NCBI GenBank assembly: GCA_964291285.2
Contig: OZ219787.1
Location: 544,001 to 608,000, forward strand
Reading direction: 5' to 3'
Length of the DNA: 64,000 nt
From: Alphaproteobacteria bacterium
Lineage (GTDB): Bacteria > Pseudomonadota > Alphaproteobacteria > Bin95
A model generated the notes under the pieces. It was not told the DNA's origin and did not search any database. It saw nothing but the letters and a program-made list of their open reading frames with translations. This document shows positions 1 to 9,747 of the stretch, piece by piece (position 1 is the first letter of the stretch; the number at the start of each line of letters is the position of its first letter). Both the position numbers and the translations under genes were made by a program.

Positions 1-1
1 G

Positions 2-124
2 ATCGATGCCGAGTTCGATACCGTCGATGTCTGCATCGTCGTCCGCCCTGACGGCGTGACCGACCGCTATCTCAGGCGCTACAGCCGCAACGGCGAAGTC
101 ACACGGGAGGCCCTGGCTTCGTGA
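2..124 (+). CDS. olsB: Ornithine-acyl-ACP N-acyltransferase OlsB (GNAT family), 3' fragment truncated by window start
   Basis: Frame 2 reads [27 protein letters not shown]..., resembling the OlsB C-terminus; TGA overlaps the GTG of the downstream acyltransferase (GTGA), as in olsB-olsA operons. Confidence 0.7.
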   Translation: MDAEFDTVDVCIVVRPDGVTDRYLRRYSRNGEVTREALAS

Positions 125-915
125 TCCGGCACTCGCCGCTGCGCGCGCTCGGGCGCCTTCTGGCCTATGTCCTTTACACGCTGCCCCTGATGCCGGTGCA
201 GGCCTTCGCCGTGCTCTTCAAACGGCCCCTCGCCGTGCGCCTGCCGCTTGCCTACCACCGGCGCTGCGCCGCGATTCTGGGATTCGACCTCAGGATGCAC
301 GGAACGCTGAGCACCGCGCGGCCGACACTGTTCGTGTGCAACCACTCCACCTATCTCGATATCGTCACGCTGGGAGCGACGCTGCCCGCATCCTTCGTCG
401 CGAAGTCGGAGGTCGCCGGCTGGCCCTTCTTCGGGCTGCTCGCCAAGCTGCAAAGAAGCGTGTTCGTGGACCGGCGGCCGCGCTCAACCGCCGGTCAGCG
501 CGACGCCATGCAGATGCGGCTCGAAAGCGGCGACAACCTGATCCTCTTCCCGGAAGGCACGTCCAGCAACGGCAGCTGGGTGCTCCCTTTCAAGAGCGCC
601 CTGTTCAGCGTTGCCGAGCGCGAGGTCGGAGGCCAGCCGCTGGTGGTGCAGCCGGTGTCAGTCGCCTATTCCGCCATAGACGGCCTGCCGACCGGACGGG
701 CGCATATGCCGCGCATCGCCTGGTATGGCGACATGGGCATGGCGGGCCATATCTGGAACGTGCTGGGACTGGGGCGGATATCGGTGGACATCGTGTTGCA
801 CAGCCCCACCAGCTATGCCGAGTTCGCAAACAGGCGGGACATGGCGCGCGTCTGCCACGAAGCGGTGGCCGGCGGCGTGGAGCAGGCCCTTGCCGGCCGC
901 CTCGCAGGCGGTTGA
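121..915 (+). CDS. olsA: PlsC-family lysophospholipid acyltransferase, probably lyso-ornithine lipid acyltransferase
   Basis: NHSTYLD (NHx4D), FVAKSEV and FPEGTS acyltransferase motifs; follows the olsB-like fragment. Confidence 0.8.
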   Translation: MIRHSPLRALGRLLAYVLYTLPLMPVQAFAVLFKRPLAVRLPLAYHRRCAAILGFDLRMHGTLSTARPTLFVCNHSTYLDIVTLGATLPASFVAKSEVAGWPFFGLLAKLQRSVFVDRRPRSTAGQRDAMQMRLESGDNLILFPEGTSSNGSWVLPFKSALFSVAEREVGGQPLVVQPVSVAYSAIDGLPTGRAHMPRIAWYGDMGMAGHIWNVLGLGRISVDIVLHSPTSYAEFANRRDMARVCHEAVAGGVEQALAGRLAGG

Positions 916-939
916 CGCGCCCTCGCCGAATGCTAGCTT
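912..939 (+). promoter_or_regulatory. Putative sigma70 promoter for miaB
   Basis: TTGACG-N16-TAGCTT at the olsA/miaB junction. Confidence 0.4.
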
Positions 940-950
940 CACGCGCATCG

Positions 951-2306
951 ATGCTTGAGACACCGGCAAGGCAGGCAGTGCGAAAGAAGCTGTTTGTCAA
1001 AACATACGGTTGCCAGATGAACGTTTACGACTCCGAACGGATGTCGGAAATGCTGGCGGCCGTCGGCTACGAGGCAACCCCGACCGCCGACGACGCGGAC
1101 CTCGTGGTGCTCAACACCTGCCATATCCGCGAGAAGGCCGCCGAAAAGGTCTATTCCGAGGTCGGCCGGCTGCGCGCGCTCAAGGCCCGCCGCCCGGACA
1201 TGCTGATCGCCGTCGCCGGCTGCGTCGCCCAGGCGGAGGGCGGGGAAGTGGTCCGCCGCGCGCCTGCCGTCGACATTGTCGTCGGACCGCAAGCCTATCA
1301 TCGCCTGCCGGAAATACTGGCCCGGGCCGAGCGGATGCGGGGCGGCGGACTCATAGACGTGGACTTCCGGCCTGAAGCGAAATTCGACGAGCTTCCGGCG
1401 CCCGGGCGGCCTGCGGGGCCGAGCGCCTTCCTGACGATCCAGGAAGGCTGTGACAAATTCTGCACCTTCTGCGTCGTGCCCTATACGCGAGGGGCCGAGT
1501 ATTCCCGACCGGCAGCGGCGGTGGTCGCCGAGGCGAAGGAACTCGCCAGGCGCGGCGCGCGCGAAATCGTGCTGCTTGGCCAGAATGTGAATGCATGGCG
1601 CGGCGAGGGCCGTGGCGGCCGCGACTGGACCCTGGCGCGCCTCATCCGGGCGCTGGCTGAAATCGAGGGCGTCGAGCGGCTGCGTTACACGACCTCGCAT
1701 CCCCGCGACATGACCGACGACCTGATCGAGGCGCATGGTGCGGTGCCGGCGCTGATGCCTTTCCTGCATCTCCCTGTCCAGGCCGGCTCGGACCGGGTGC
1801 TGGAGCGGATGAACCGCAAACACCGCGCTTCGGACTACAGGCGTATCGTCGAGCGGCTCCGCGCCGCCCGGCCTGACATTGCGCTCGCCTCGGACTTCAT
1901 CGTCGGGTTCCCGGGAGAGAGCGAACGCGACTTCGAACAGACACTGGGACTCGTGCGCGATGTCGGCTACGCCCAGGCCTACTCGTTCAAATTCAGCGCC
2001 CGGCCCGGAACGCCTGCAGCCGCCGACCCCCTGCAGATTCCGGAAGCGGCCAAGGGCGAACGCCTGGCCCGTCTTCAGGAGTTGCTGAACGGCCAGCAGC
2101 AGGCATTCAACCGAAACTGCGTCGGGAAACGCCTTCCCGTCCTGTTCGAGCGGCCCGGCAAACGGGACGGCCAGCTCGTCGGGCGGTCTCCCTATATGCA
2201 GGCGGTCCATGCAGAGGCGGGCGCAGCCGGAATAGGCGACCTTGCCGAGGTCGAAATCCTGGCGGCCGGCCCGAACAGCCTCTCTGGCGGGAGCCTCGCA
2301 ATTTGA
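951..2306 (+). CDS. miaB: tRNA-2-methylthio-N6-dimethylallyladenosine synthase MiaB (alternative start GTG 978)
   Basis: [21 protein letters not shown], radical [12 protein letters not shown]-terminal TRAM domain. Confidence 0.97.
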   Translation: MLETPARQAVRKKLFVKTYGCQMNVYDSERMSEMLAAVGYEATPTADDADLVVLNTCHIREKAAEKVYSEVGRLRALKARRPDMLIAVAGCVAQAEGGEVVRRAPAVDIVVGPQAYHRLPEILARAERMRGGGLIDVDFRPEAKFDELPAPGRPAGPSAFLTIQEGCDKFCTFCVVPYTRGAEYSRPAAAVVAEAKELARRGAREIVLLGQNVNAWRGEGRGGRDWTLARLIRALAEIEGVERLRYTTSHPRDMTDDLIEAHGAVPALMPFLHLPVQAGSDRVLERMNRKHRASDYRRIVERLRAARPDIALASDFIVGFPGESERDFEQTLGLVRDVGYAQAYSFKFSARPGTPAAADPLQIPEAAKGERLARLQELLNGQQQAFNRNCVGKRLPVLFERPGKRDGQLVGRSPYMQAVHAEAGAAGIGDLAEVEILAAGPNSLSGGSLAI

Positions 2307-3283
2307 GCGAAGCGCGTCTTCAGTTCGACGACAACAGCCTTCTGCCGGCCCTGTATGGCACGCACGACCGCAACCTGGCGCGCCTTGAGCAGAAATTCGG
2401 CGTGTCCATGCGCGCCCGCGGCAACGAACTGGCCATCGCCGGGCCGGAAAGCGCCGTGGCCGCGGCACGCTCTGCCATGGATCTGCTTTACGACCGCGCA
2501 AGGCGGGGGCTTGAGATCGATCCGGGCGAAGTGGACGGCGCGGCGCGGCTTGCCGAGGTCGCCGGCATTGCCAGATTGCCCGGCGCCAGCGGCGATCTGT
2601 TCGGCATCGACAGCGAAACCGTGGAGACCCGGCGGCGCCTGATCGCGCCCCGTTCCCCCAACCAGGCGCTGTATCTCAAGACGATCCGCGAGCGCGACGT
2701 GGTCTTCGGGGAAGGCCCGGCAGGTACCGGCAAGACTTATCTTGCCGTGGCAGCGGCAGTTTCCATGCAGACGGCGGCAGAGGTCGACCGCATCGTGCTG
2801 TCGCGCCCGGCGGTCGAGGCCGGCGAGCGTCTCGGCTTCCTGCCGGGCGATCTTCGCGAAAAGGTCGATCCCTATCTCCGGCCGCTCTACGATGCTCTGC
2901 ACGACATGGTCTCGGGCGACCGGGTGATGCGCCAGATCGGCAGTGGCGAGATCGAGATTGCGCCGCTCGCCTTCATGCGGGGACGCACTCTTGCCCGGTC
3001 TTTCGTCATCCTGGACGAGGCGCAGAACACGACCCCGACCCAGATGAAGATGTTCCTGACCCGTTTGGGCGAAGGCTCGCGGATGGTGGTGACGGGCGAC
3101 CTGTCCCAGGTCGATCTGCCGGGAGGGATGCGTTCGGGGCTGGCCGAGGCGCTCGATGTGCTGGAAGGGGTGGATGGTGTCGGCGTGGTGCGTTTCAACT
3201 CTCGCGATGTGGTCCGGCATCCGGTGGTAACGCGCATCGTCGATGCCTATGACACGGCTGCGAAGGCGCGCCGCGATGGATAG
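2303..3283 (+). CDS. phoH: PhoH-like ATPase
   Basis: GPAGTGKT Walker A, LGFLPGD, FMRGRT, DEAQN motifs. Confidence 0.95.
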   Translation: MSEARLQFDDNSLLPALYGTHDRNLARLEQKFGVSMRARGNELAIAGPESAVAAARSAMDLLYDRARRGLEIDPGEVDGAARLAEVAGIARLPGASGDLFGIDSETVETRRRLIAPRSPNQALYLKTIRERDVVFGEGPAGTGKTYLAVAAAVSMQTAAEVDRIVLSRPAVEAGERLGFLPGDLREKVDPYLRPLYDALHDMVSGDRVMRQIGSGEIEIAPLAFMRGRTLARSFVILDEAQNTTPTQMKMFLTRLGEGSRMVVTGDLSQVDLPGGMRSGLAEALDVLEGVDGVGVVRFNSRDVVRHPVVTRIVDAYDTAAKARRDG

Positions 3284-3752
3284 GTGGACGGTCGAGGTTT
3301 CGCTTGGCGAGGGCGAATGGCCCGACGGCGAAGAGGCTGCTGACTGGTGTAGCCGCGCGGCATGCGCGGCGCTGGCCGGCGCCGGGCGAACGGAACCTGC
3401 GGAGCTTTCCGTTCTGCTTGGCAGCGATGCCGAGCTTCGCGCGCTGAACCGTCGCTACCGGGGCCGCGACAAACCGACAAATGTGCTCTCCTTCCCCTCC
3501 GGCACCGCGCCCTGGCCGGGCGGACCGCCGCTGCTCGGCGAGATTGCGCTGGCCGGCGAAACGGTCAGGCGCGAGGCTGTCGAGCAGCACAAGACGTTGC
3601 ACGATCATCTGTGCCATCTCGTCGTCCACGGGACATTGCATCTCCTCGGATTCGATCATGTGACGGAAGAGGCAGCCATCCGTATGGAGCGGCTGGAGGC
3701 GCGTTGCCTCGAAACCCTGTCGATAGCCGACCCCTACAGGGAACGGGGCTGA
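3276..3752 (+). CDS. ybeY: rRNA maturation endoribonuclease YbeY
   Basis: NRRYRGRDKPTNVLSF and HGTLHLLGFDH (H3xH5xH) motifs. Confidence 0.95.
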   Translation: MDRWTVEVSLGEGEWPDGEEAADWCSRAACAALAGAGRTEPAELSVLLGSDAELRALNRRYRGRDKPTNVLSFPSGTAPWPGGPPLLGEIALAGETVRREAVEQHKTLHDHLCHLVVHGTLHLLGFDHVTEEAAIRMERLEARCLETLSIADPYRERG

Positions 3753-3758
3753 CCGGCC

Positions 3759-4628
3759 GTGGACACGACGCACCATACGCCGAACGGCAATGGCAACCGC
3801 CTGAAGGGCATCTGGCGCCGCCTTTCCAGAAGGCGCAGCAATGAAGGCTCGATCAGCGAAACCCTGTCGGACCTTGCGGCTCAGCATACCGAGGACGCAA
3901 CGCCCATCGACCCGCTCGAACGGGCCCTGCTGGAGAATACGCTCAAACTTCGCCGCATGACGATCGAGGATGTAATGGTGCCGCGGGCGGACATCATCGC
4001 CCTTTCCGCCGGTGCGCCGCTGGAGGAAGTCGTCGCGGCGGTCGAGCAATCGCGCCATTCGCGCCTGCCGGTATTCGAGAAGGACCTCGACCAGATTGTG
4101 GGCATGATTCATGTGAAGGACGTGCTGGCTCATATCGGCAAGCCGGAAACGCCCTCGCTGAAGGACCTCGCGCGCGAAGTCCTGTTCGTTTCGCCGGCGA
4201 TGCTGGTTCTGGACCTGCTGCTCGAAATGCGGCTCAAGCGCACCCATATGGCCCTGGTCGTGGACGAGTTCGGCGGGATAGACGGCCTCGCCACCATCGA
4301 GGACCTTGTCGAGGAAATCGTCGGCGATATCGAGGACGAGCACGATATCGCAGAGCCGCCGCAATTGGAGACACGGCCCGACGGCACGCTGGTCGCCGAC
4401 GCCAGGGCGACGCTGGAGGACTTCGAGGCCGCGGTCGGCGAAGTCCTGACCGACGACGAGCGCGAGGACCTCGATACCCTGGGCGGGCTGGTCTTCAACC
4501 TGGTCGGGCGAGTCCCGAGCCGGGGAGAACTGGTGTCGCATCCGTCGGGCCTGGAATTCGAAGTGCTGGACGGCGACCCGCGCCGGTTGAAGCGGCTCAG
4601 GGTGCGTAATCTGCCGGCGGTCGAATGA
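3759..4628 (+). CDS. corC: CBS/CorC-HlyC domain Mg/Co efflux protein
   Basis: VMVPRADI, HSRLPV, VVDEFGG, IEDLVEEIVGDIEDEHD; ybeY-corC-lnt synteny. Confidence 0.9.
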   Translation: MDTTHHTPNGNGNRLKGIWRRLSRRRSNEGSISETLSDLAAQHTEDATPIDPLERALLENTLKLRRMTIEDVMVPRADIIALSAGAPLEEVVAAVEQSRHSRLPVFEKDLDQIVGMIHVKDVLAHIGKPETPSLKDLAREVLFVSPAMLVLDLLLEMRLKRTHMALVVDEFGGIDGLATIEDLVEEIVGDIEDEHDIAEPPQLETRPDGTLVADARATLEDFEAAVGEVLTDDEREDLDTLGGLVFNLVGRVPSRGELVSHPSGLEFEVLDGDPRRLKRLRVRNLPAVE

Positions 4629-6118
4629 GGACGCGGCTCGCCGGACTGGCGGGCCGGAAACGGCAACTGGCCGCAGCGGCCGCAGGCATTGGCGCCACAT
4701 TCGCCATGCCGCCTCTTGGCGCAACGCCGGCCCTGGCCGCAGGCCTTGTAGCGCTTGCATGGCTGCTTGACGGGACGGCACGGTTCAGGGATGCCTTCCT
4801 GACAGCCTTTGCCTTTGCCTTCGGATTCTTCGCTGCCGGCCTCTACTGGGTGGCCGGTTCCTTTTTCGTCGTCGGCGGCGCAACGGCGGTCGGCGGGCCG
4901 GCAGCCGTTCTGGGTCTGGCGGCGCTGCTTGCCTTCTTTCCGGCTCTCCCCGCTGCGCTGGCGCATCGCCTGACGCGGCCAGGCATCGGGCGGGCGCTGG
5001 CGCTGGCGGCCGCGCTCGGCCTCGGCGACTGGCTGCGCGGCCATTTGCTGACCGGCTTTCCCTGGAACCTGTTCGGATATTCCTGGCTGCATGTTCCGGC
5101 GGTCGAGCAGGCGGCCGCGGTCGTCGGCATCTACGGAGTCGGGCTGGCGACGCTCGCCATCTGCCTTCTTCTGTCCGTCCCCGACCGGCGGGCATGGACC
5201 GCGGCCGCGCTCGCGGTCGCAGCGATGTTCGCTTACGGAGAGCTTCGTCTCGGCCGCGCTCCTCCTGCCGAGGCTGCAAGCGGTCCGCTTCTGCGCCTCG
5301 TTCAACCCAATATCCCGCAGTCCGACAAATGGCGCCGCGAGGACGCCGCCGCCCACCTGCGGCGCCTGGTGCGCCTCGGATCGGCAGGCCCCGAGCCGGA
5401 CGCCGTGATCTGGCCCGAAACGGCGGTCGCCCGGCTGCTGCATTCCGAGTCGCCGCTTGTCGAGGCGCTGGGCAAGACCGTGGAAAGTCGCCGGGGATTG
5501 ATTTCCGGCGCGCCCTGGCGGGAGGACGGACGCTACTACAACAGCATCCTCGCAATAGACCGCGAGGGCCGTCTGCAAGGGCGCCACGACAAGGCGCATC
5601 TCGTGCCCTTCGGCGAATATGTGCCGCTGCGCAGCCTGCTCGGCGCGGCGAAGCTCACGTTCGGGCGCAAGGACTTCGCCGCGGGGCCAGGGCCGTCGAC
5701 GCTCGCCCTGCCCGGCATTCCGCCGTTCGGCGCGCTGATCTGCTTCGAGGCGATCTTTCCGGGCGAGGCGGTAGCAGCCGATGCGCGCCCGGAATGGCTG
5801 CTGAACCTGACCAACGATGCGTGGTTCGGCGAGACCGCGGGGCCGCACCAGCATTTCGAGATCGCGCGCATGCGCGCGATCGAGACCGGCCTGCCGGTCC
5901 TGCGAGTCGCCAATACGGGCATTACCGGCGCGGTGGACGGCTACGGCCGGCGGCTCGGCAGGCTCGAACTCGGCAGGACCGGCAGCCTCGACATCCCCCT
6001 GCCTCCCCCGCTTGCGGAAACGACCTACGGCCGCCTGGGCGACCTGCCGTTCTTCGCGGGCGTCCTGCTGCTTGCCGCCCTCGCCGCCTGGCGGGGCCGG
6101 GCCGGCGGCAGCCGATAG
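4625..6118 (+). CDS. lnt: Apolipoprotein N-acyltransferase
   Basis: TGFPWN, VQPNIPQ, WPETA, KAHLVPFGEY, ICFEAIF, TNDAWFG motifs. Confidence 0.96.
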   Translation: MRTRLAGLAGRKRQLAAAAAGIGATFAMPPLGATPALAAGLVALAWLLDGTARFRDAFLTAFAFAFGFFAAGLYWVAGSFFVVGGATAVGGPAAVLGLAALLAFFPALPAALAHRLTRPGIGRALALAAALGLGDWLRGHLLTGFPWNLFGYSWLHVPAVEQAAAVVGIYGVGLATLAICLLLSVPDRRAWTAAALAVAAMFAYGELRLGRAPPAEAASGPLLRLVQPNIPQSDKWRREDAAAHLRRLVRLGSAGPEPDAVIWPETAVARLLHSESPLVEALGKTVESRRGLISGAPWREDGRYYNSILAIDREGRLQGRHDKAHLVPFGEYVPLRSLLGAAKLTFGRKDFAAGPGPSTLALPGIPPFGALICFEAIFPGEAVAADARPEWLLNLTNDAWFGETAGPHQHFEIARMRAIETGLPVLRVANTGITGAVDGYGRRLGRLELGRTGSLDIPLPPPLAETTYGRLGDLPFFAGVLLLAALAAWRGRAGGSR

Positions 6119-6330
6119 GAGCCGCTGCGCGCCACTCTGCGCCCCCTGCGTCCCTCATCCTGAGTAGTGCCGGCCTTCGCCCTGCGAAGGTCGGCGCGTA
6201 TCGAAGGATGGCTGCCAACGGTTCGGGACGGTCCTTCGATACGCGCCCGCTAACGCGGTCGCTACTCAGGATGAGGGAATATCGTCGCCCCGGCTCGGGG
6301 GCCGGGCCGGCGGCAGCCGATAGGAGCCGC
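6093..6330 (+). repeat. 33-bp perfect direct repeat (6093-6125 and 6298-6330) duplicating the lnt 3' end
   Basis: GGGGCCGGGCCGGCGGCAGCCGATAGGAGCCGC occurs twice and includes the lnt TAG stop. Confidence 0.9.
6151..6278. repeat. Palindromic REP/MITE-like element with 17-bp terminal inverted repeats
   Basis: TCCCTCATCCTGAGTAG (6151-6167) and CTACTCAGGATGAGGGA (6262-6278); internal IR GCGTATCGAAGGA/TCCTTCGATACGC; resembles alphaproteobacterial CTCATCCTGAG...CTCAGGATGAG intergenic repeats. Confidence 0.8.
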
Positions 6331-6341
6331 CGGCGCGGGCG

Positions 6342-6779
6342 CTATCGCTCGGTCCATCGCCGCTTGCGGCGGCGGCGGGCGAGGCGGCGGTCGCGCTCCA
6401 GGCCGTGGCGCTTCAGGAAGCGATGCACCGTGGACGAGCCGAACGACAGGCCCTCGGCGGCGAGCGCGTCGCACAGCCCCCGGATGGTAAGCCCCGGCCG
6501 CGCCTTCAGGATGCGGAAAATCCGCTCGCGCTCCGGCTCGATCCGGGAGACGTCGCCCCCCATCGGGTCGCGCCGCACATGGCCGCGCTCGCGAAACCGC
6601 CGGACCCAGTTGCGGACGGCGCTTTCGCTAACCCCGAAGCGCCGGGCCGCGGCGGCGGCGGCGACACCCTCCTCCAGCACCGCCGCGACCGCCCGGCCCC
6701 GCAGGTCCTCGCTGACCGGGCGGCCGCGCCGCTGCTTTCCCGAAACGCCCGCCCGACCGCTCGCCGCTTCCATCGTCAT
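6342..6779 (-). CDS. Stand-alone double-HTH protein homologous to the IS630 transposase N-terminal (ORF A) region, copy 1
   Basis: RPVSEDLRGRAVAAV..AARRFGVSESAVRNWVRRFRERG..MGG..LTIRGLCDALAAEG..STVHRFL matches the IS630 ORF-A pattern; GAGGAG RBS before ATG 6779; no DDE domain follows. Confidence 0.75.
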   Translation of the reverse strand: MTMEAASGRAGVSGKQRRGRPVSEDLRGRAVAAVLEEGVAAAAAARRFGVSESAVRNWVRRFRERGHVRRDPMGGDVSRIEPERERIFRILKARPGLTIRGLCDALAAEGLSFGSSTVHRFLKRHGLERDRRLARRRRKRRWTER

Positions 6780-7042
6780 CGCTCCTCCTCGCTCCGTCGG
6801 CGTTGCAACCTCGACACGACCCGCCCGCACGGAACGCCCGGCTCCTTCCGCCCGCTCCCCTACCCGACGGTCCGCCAGGCTGGATGGAACAATCCACCGC
6901 CGGCGCGCGCCTGCCGGCTGGCGGCACCCGGCAACGGATGCGCCTTTCCAGCTCCGGGTCGAATGCGGAAGCAGGGCGCCCGGATGGCGCCTCCGCCGGA
7001 CGGTCAGGTCATGGCCTCGTTCGGTCCCTCAAGGATTTGTTA

Positions 7043-7076
7043 GCACATATATAGAACATTGCGGGATATAGTCAAG
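7043..7076 (-). promoter_or_regulatory. Sigma70 promoter overlapped by a LexA-like box, upstream of HTH copy 1
   Basis: Minus strand CTTGAC-N16-CTATAT; GTTC-TATATAT-GTGC (7057-7043) is one mismatch from the alphaproteobacterial GTTC-N7-GTTC SOS box. Confidence 0.65.
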
Positions 7077-7227
7077 GATAAAATAGCGATGAGTCGCCGG
7101 TTGCATCCGCCCCGCCGATGCGGCGTCAACACACTTGACCCTCCCGGCCCCGGCTTGCGACAAGGGGCCATCGACCCGCATCGTCCGGCGGGCCTGTGCG
7201 ATGACTTAGTCAGGGAGCGTCCGCCGC

Positions 7228-8412
7228 GTGCTCGAAGGCAATTATCACTTCACCAGCGAGTCGGTGTCCGAAGGCCATCCGGACAAGATTTGCGACCGGA
7301 TTTCGGACTCGATCGTGGACGCCTTCATGGCCGAGGGCCAACCGGAGCTCAATCGCTGCGGCGTCGAAACGATGGTGACGACCAACCTGATCGTAATCGG
7401 CGGCGAAGTCCGGGGTCCTGCCGCCATCACCCGCGAACGGATGAGCGAGCTCGCGCGCCAGGCCGTGCGCGAGATCGGCTACGAACAGTACACCTTCCAC
7501 TGGCGCGACAGCACCGTGCTCTGCGTGGTCCACAAGCAGTCCGAAGACATTGCAATGGGCGTTGACGGCGCCGGCAACAAGGACGAGGGCGCGGGCGACC
7601 AGGGGCTGATGTTCGGCTACGCCTGCCGCGAGACTCCGGAACTGATGCCGGCTGCAATCCAGTACAGCCACCAGATACTGCACCGGCTCGCCGAGGCCCG
7701 ACGCCGCGGCGACCTGGGCGACGATCTGGGGCCGGACAACAAGAGCCAGGTCACCCTGCTGTACGAGGACGGCCACCCGGTGCGGGCGACCTCGGTCGTG
7801 GTCTCCACACAGCACCACGAGCGGTTCGGCGAGGACCAGGAGGCGGTCAAGCGTATCGTTCGCCCCTTCGTCGAGGACGTGCTGCCGAATGGCTGGATGT
7901 GCCCCGAGGACCGGTTCTTCGTGAATCCGACCGGCAAGTTCATCACCGGCGGGCCCGACGGCGACGCCGGCCTCACCGGACGCAAGATCATCGTCGATAC
8001 CTATGGCGGCGCAGCGCCCCACGGCGGCGGCGCCTTCTCCGGCAAGGACCCGAGCAAGGTGGACCGCTCCGCGGCCTATGCGGCCCGCTATGTCGCCAAG
8101 AACGTCGTCGCGGCGGGTCTCGCGGACAAATGCATCGTGCAGGTGGCCTACGCCATCGGCGTGGCGGACCCCGTTTCCGTGCTGCTCAACACGCAGGGCA
8201 CGGGCCGGGTTCCGGACGAGAAGCTTGCAGACGCCGTGCGGGAAGCCGTCGATCTCAGCCCGCGCGGCATCCGCACGCGCCTGATGCTCAACCGCCCGAT
8301 CTACAAGCGGACCAGTTCCTACGGCCATTTCGGCCGCGAGCCGGACGCAGACGGCGGCTTCTCCTGGGAACGCACCGACCTGGCGAAGGACCTGCAGGCC
8401 GCGCTTACTTGA
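7228..8412 (+). CDS. metK: S-adenosylmethionine synthetase
   Basis: [31 protein letters not shown] motifs. Confidence 0.98.
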   Translation: MLEGNYHFTSESVSEGHPDKICDRISDSIVDAFMAEGQPELNRCGVETMVTTNLIVIGGEVRGPAAITRERMSELARQAVREIGYEQYTFHWRDSTVLCVVHKQSEDIAMGVDGAGNKDEGAGDQGLMFGYACRETPELMPAAIQYSHQILHRLAEARRRGDLGDDLGPDNKSQVTLLYEDGHPVRATSVVVSTQHHERFGEDQEAVKRIVRPFVEDVLPNGWMCPEDRFFVNPTGKFITGGPDGDAGLTGRKIIVDTYGGAAPHGGGAFSGKDPSKVDRSAAYAARYVAKNVVAAGLADKCIVQVAYAIGVADPVSVLLNTQGTGRVPDEKLADAVREAVDLSPRGIRTRLMLNRPIYKRTSSYGHFGREPDADGGFSWERTDLAKDLQAALT

Positions 8413-9110
8413 GCCAGCCGACCGACTACCGCTTCTACGGCCGGCGGCGCGGCCGGCCTCTCAATCCCGGGCGCAAGCGGGCGCTGGAAACGGTCCTGCC
8501 GGCCTTGCGCCTTCCCGACGGGCCGCTCGACCCGGCAACGCTGTTCGGCTTCGACATCGAGGACCTGTGGTTCGAAATCGGTTTCGGGGCCGGCGAGCAT
8601 CTGGCCTGGCAGGCCGCGCGCCGCCCGCGCATCGGCTTTATCGGCGCCGAACCCTATATCAACGGCGTGGCCAGCCTGGCGGCGCGCGCCGACGCGGAAG
8701 GCATCGCCAACCTCCGCATTCATTGCGACGACGCGACCCCGGTGCTGGACAGGCTGCCCGGCAATGCGCTGGGCAGGGTGTTCATCCTGTTTCCCGACCC
8801 CTGGCCGAAGGCGCGGCACCGCCATCGGCGCCTCGTCGCGCGCCCGATGCTGGACCGGCTCGCGCGGACCATGCGGGCGGGCGCGGAACTGCGCCTGGCG
8901 ACGGACCATGAGGACTATCTCGACTGGATGCTGGAACGGCTGACGGCGCACCCCGCATTCGCCTGGATGGCGGCATCCGCCGACGACTGGCGGCAACGCC
9001 CGGCCGACTGGCCGGAAACGCGCTACGAAGCCAAGGCCCGCATGGCGGGCGTCAAATCGACCTATCTGCGTTTCGTCCGCCGCCAAGCCGTTGCGATTCC
9101 GGTTGTCTGA
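8409..9110 (+). CDS. trmB: tRNA (guanine-N7)-methyltransferase TrmB
   Basis: [27 protein letters not shown] motifs; TTG start overlapping the metK stop. Confidence 0.95.
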   Translation: MSQPTDYRFYGRRRGRPLNPGRKRALETVLPALRLPDGPLDPATLFGFDIEDLWFEIGFGAGEHLAWQAARRPRIGFIGAEPYINGVASLAARADAEGIANLRIHCDDATPVLDRLPGNALGRVFILFPDPWPKARHRHRRLVARPMLDRLARTMRAGAELRLATDHEDYLDWMLERLTAHPAFAWMAASADDWRQRPADWPETRYEAKARMAGVKSTYLRFVRRQAVAIPVV

Positions 9111-9119
9111 GGCTATATT
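9091..9119 (+). promoter_or_regulatory. Sigma70 promoter of the rimP-nusA-infB operon
   Basis: TTGCGA-N17-TATATT at the end of trmB. Confidence 0.6.
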
Positions 9120-9258
9120 CCGCGCGCTTGCCTGCTTGTCGTGGATGCGGGCTGCTCATTCTTGACAGTGGGAAGCGGGTTGGGGGCTTCGGGCCGCCTT
9201 TTTCGTTGGGAGAAGACCGACGGCCGTAACGATTGCCGACAACGCCCCCGCGCAACGC

Positions 9259-9726
9259 GTGGCGGACCTCGTGGCGCCCGCCCTGGAGGGGCTGGGCTAC
9301 GACCTCGTGCGCGTCCGTTTCGTGGGCAGCACGCCGGTGCTGCAGGTCATGGTCGAGCGGCAGGACCGGGCGGGCATGACCGTGGACCACTGCGCCGAGG
9401 CGAGCCGGACGCTTTCGGCCCTGCTCGATATCGAGGACCCGATCCCGCAGGCCTATTCGCTGGAGGTGAGCTCCCCCGGTATCGACAGGCCGCTCACGCG
9501 GCCCGGCGACTTCGAGCGCTTCGCCGGTTTCGAGGCGCGAGTGGAGCTTGAGGACAGCGTTGCCGGCCAGCGCCGGTACCGCGGCCGGCTGGAAGGCCTG
9601 AACGGGGCAACGCTTCGGCTGCAAACCGACACGGGCGAGGCAGCGTTGCCGCTGGCCGCCGTCAAGTCGGCGAAACTGCTGATGACCGACGCGCTGCTTG
9701 CGGCTGCGGCCGAAGGCGCGATTTAG
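9259..9726 (+). CDS. rimP: Ribosome maturation factor RimP
   Basis: YSLEVSSPGIDRPL motif; precedes nusA; start uncertain. Confidence 0.93.
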   Translation: MADLVAPALEGLGYDLVRVRFVGSTPVLQVMVERQDRAGMTVDHCAEASRTLSALLDIEDPIPQAYSLEVSSPGIDRPLTRPGDFERFAGFEARVELEDSVAGQRRYRGRLEGLNGATLRLQTDTGEAALPLAAVKSAKLLMTDALLAAAAEGAI

Positions 9727-9747
9727 GAAAGCGAGGGCAACCCCGCC

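Noticed and set aside
6093-6330. CRISPR-like repeat-spacer unit
   Set aside because: Only two 33-bp copies separated by 172 bp; the repeat is the lnt 3' end and no cas genes are present.
6342-6830. Complete or active IS630 insertion sequence
   Set aside because: No DDE ORF, no A-run frameshift site, and no terminal IRs with TA duplication around either HTH gene.
5194-7071. Long alternative-frame and antisense ORFs (e.g. 5194-7071, 18152-20380, 24646-27042, 50756-53269)
   Set aside because: They are Arg/Pro/Ala-rich shadows of well-supported genes, expected at high GC, and carry no family motifs.
7080-7227. SAM-II or SAM/SAH riboswitch upstream of metK
   Set aside because: No recognisable consensus motifs; only short, generic GC pairings.
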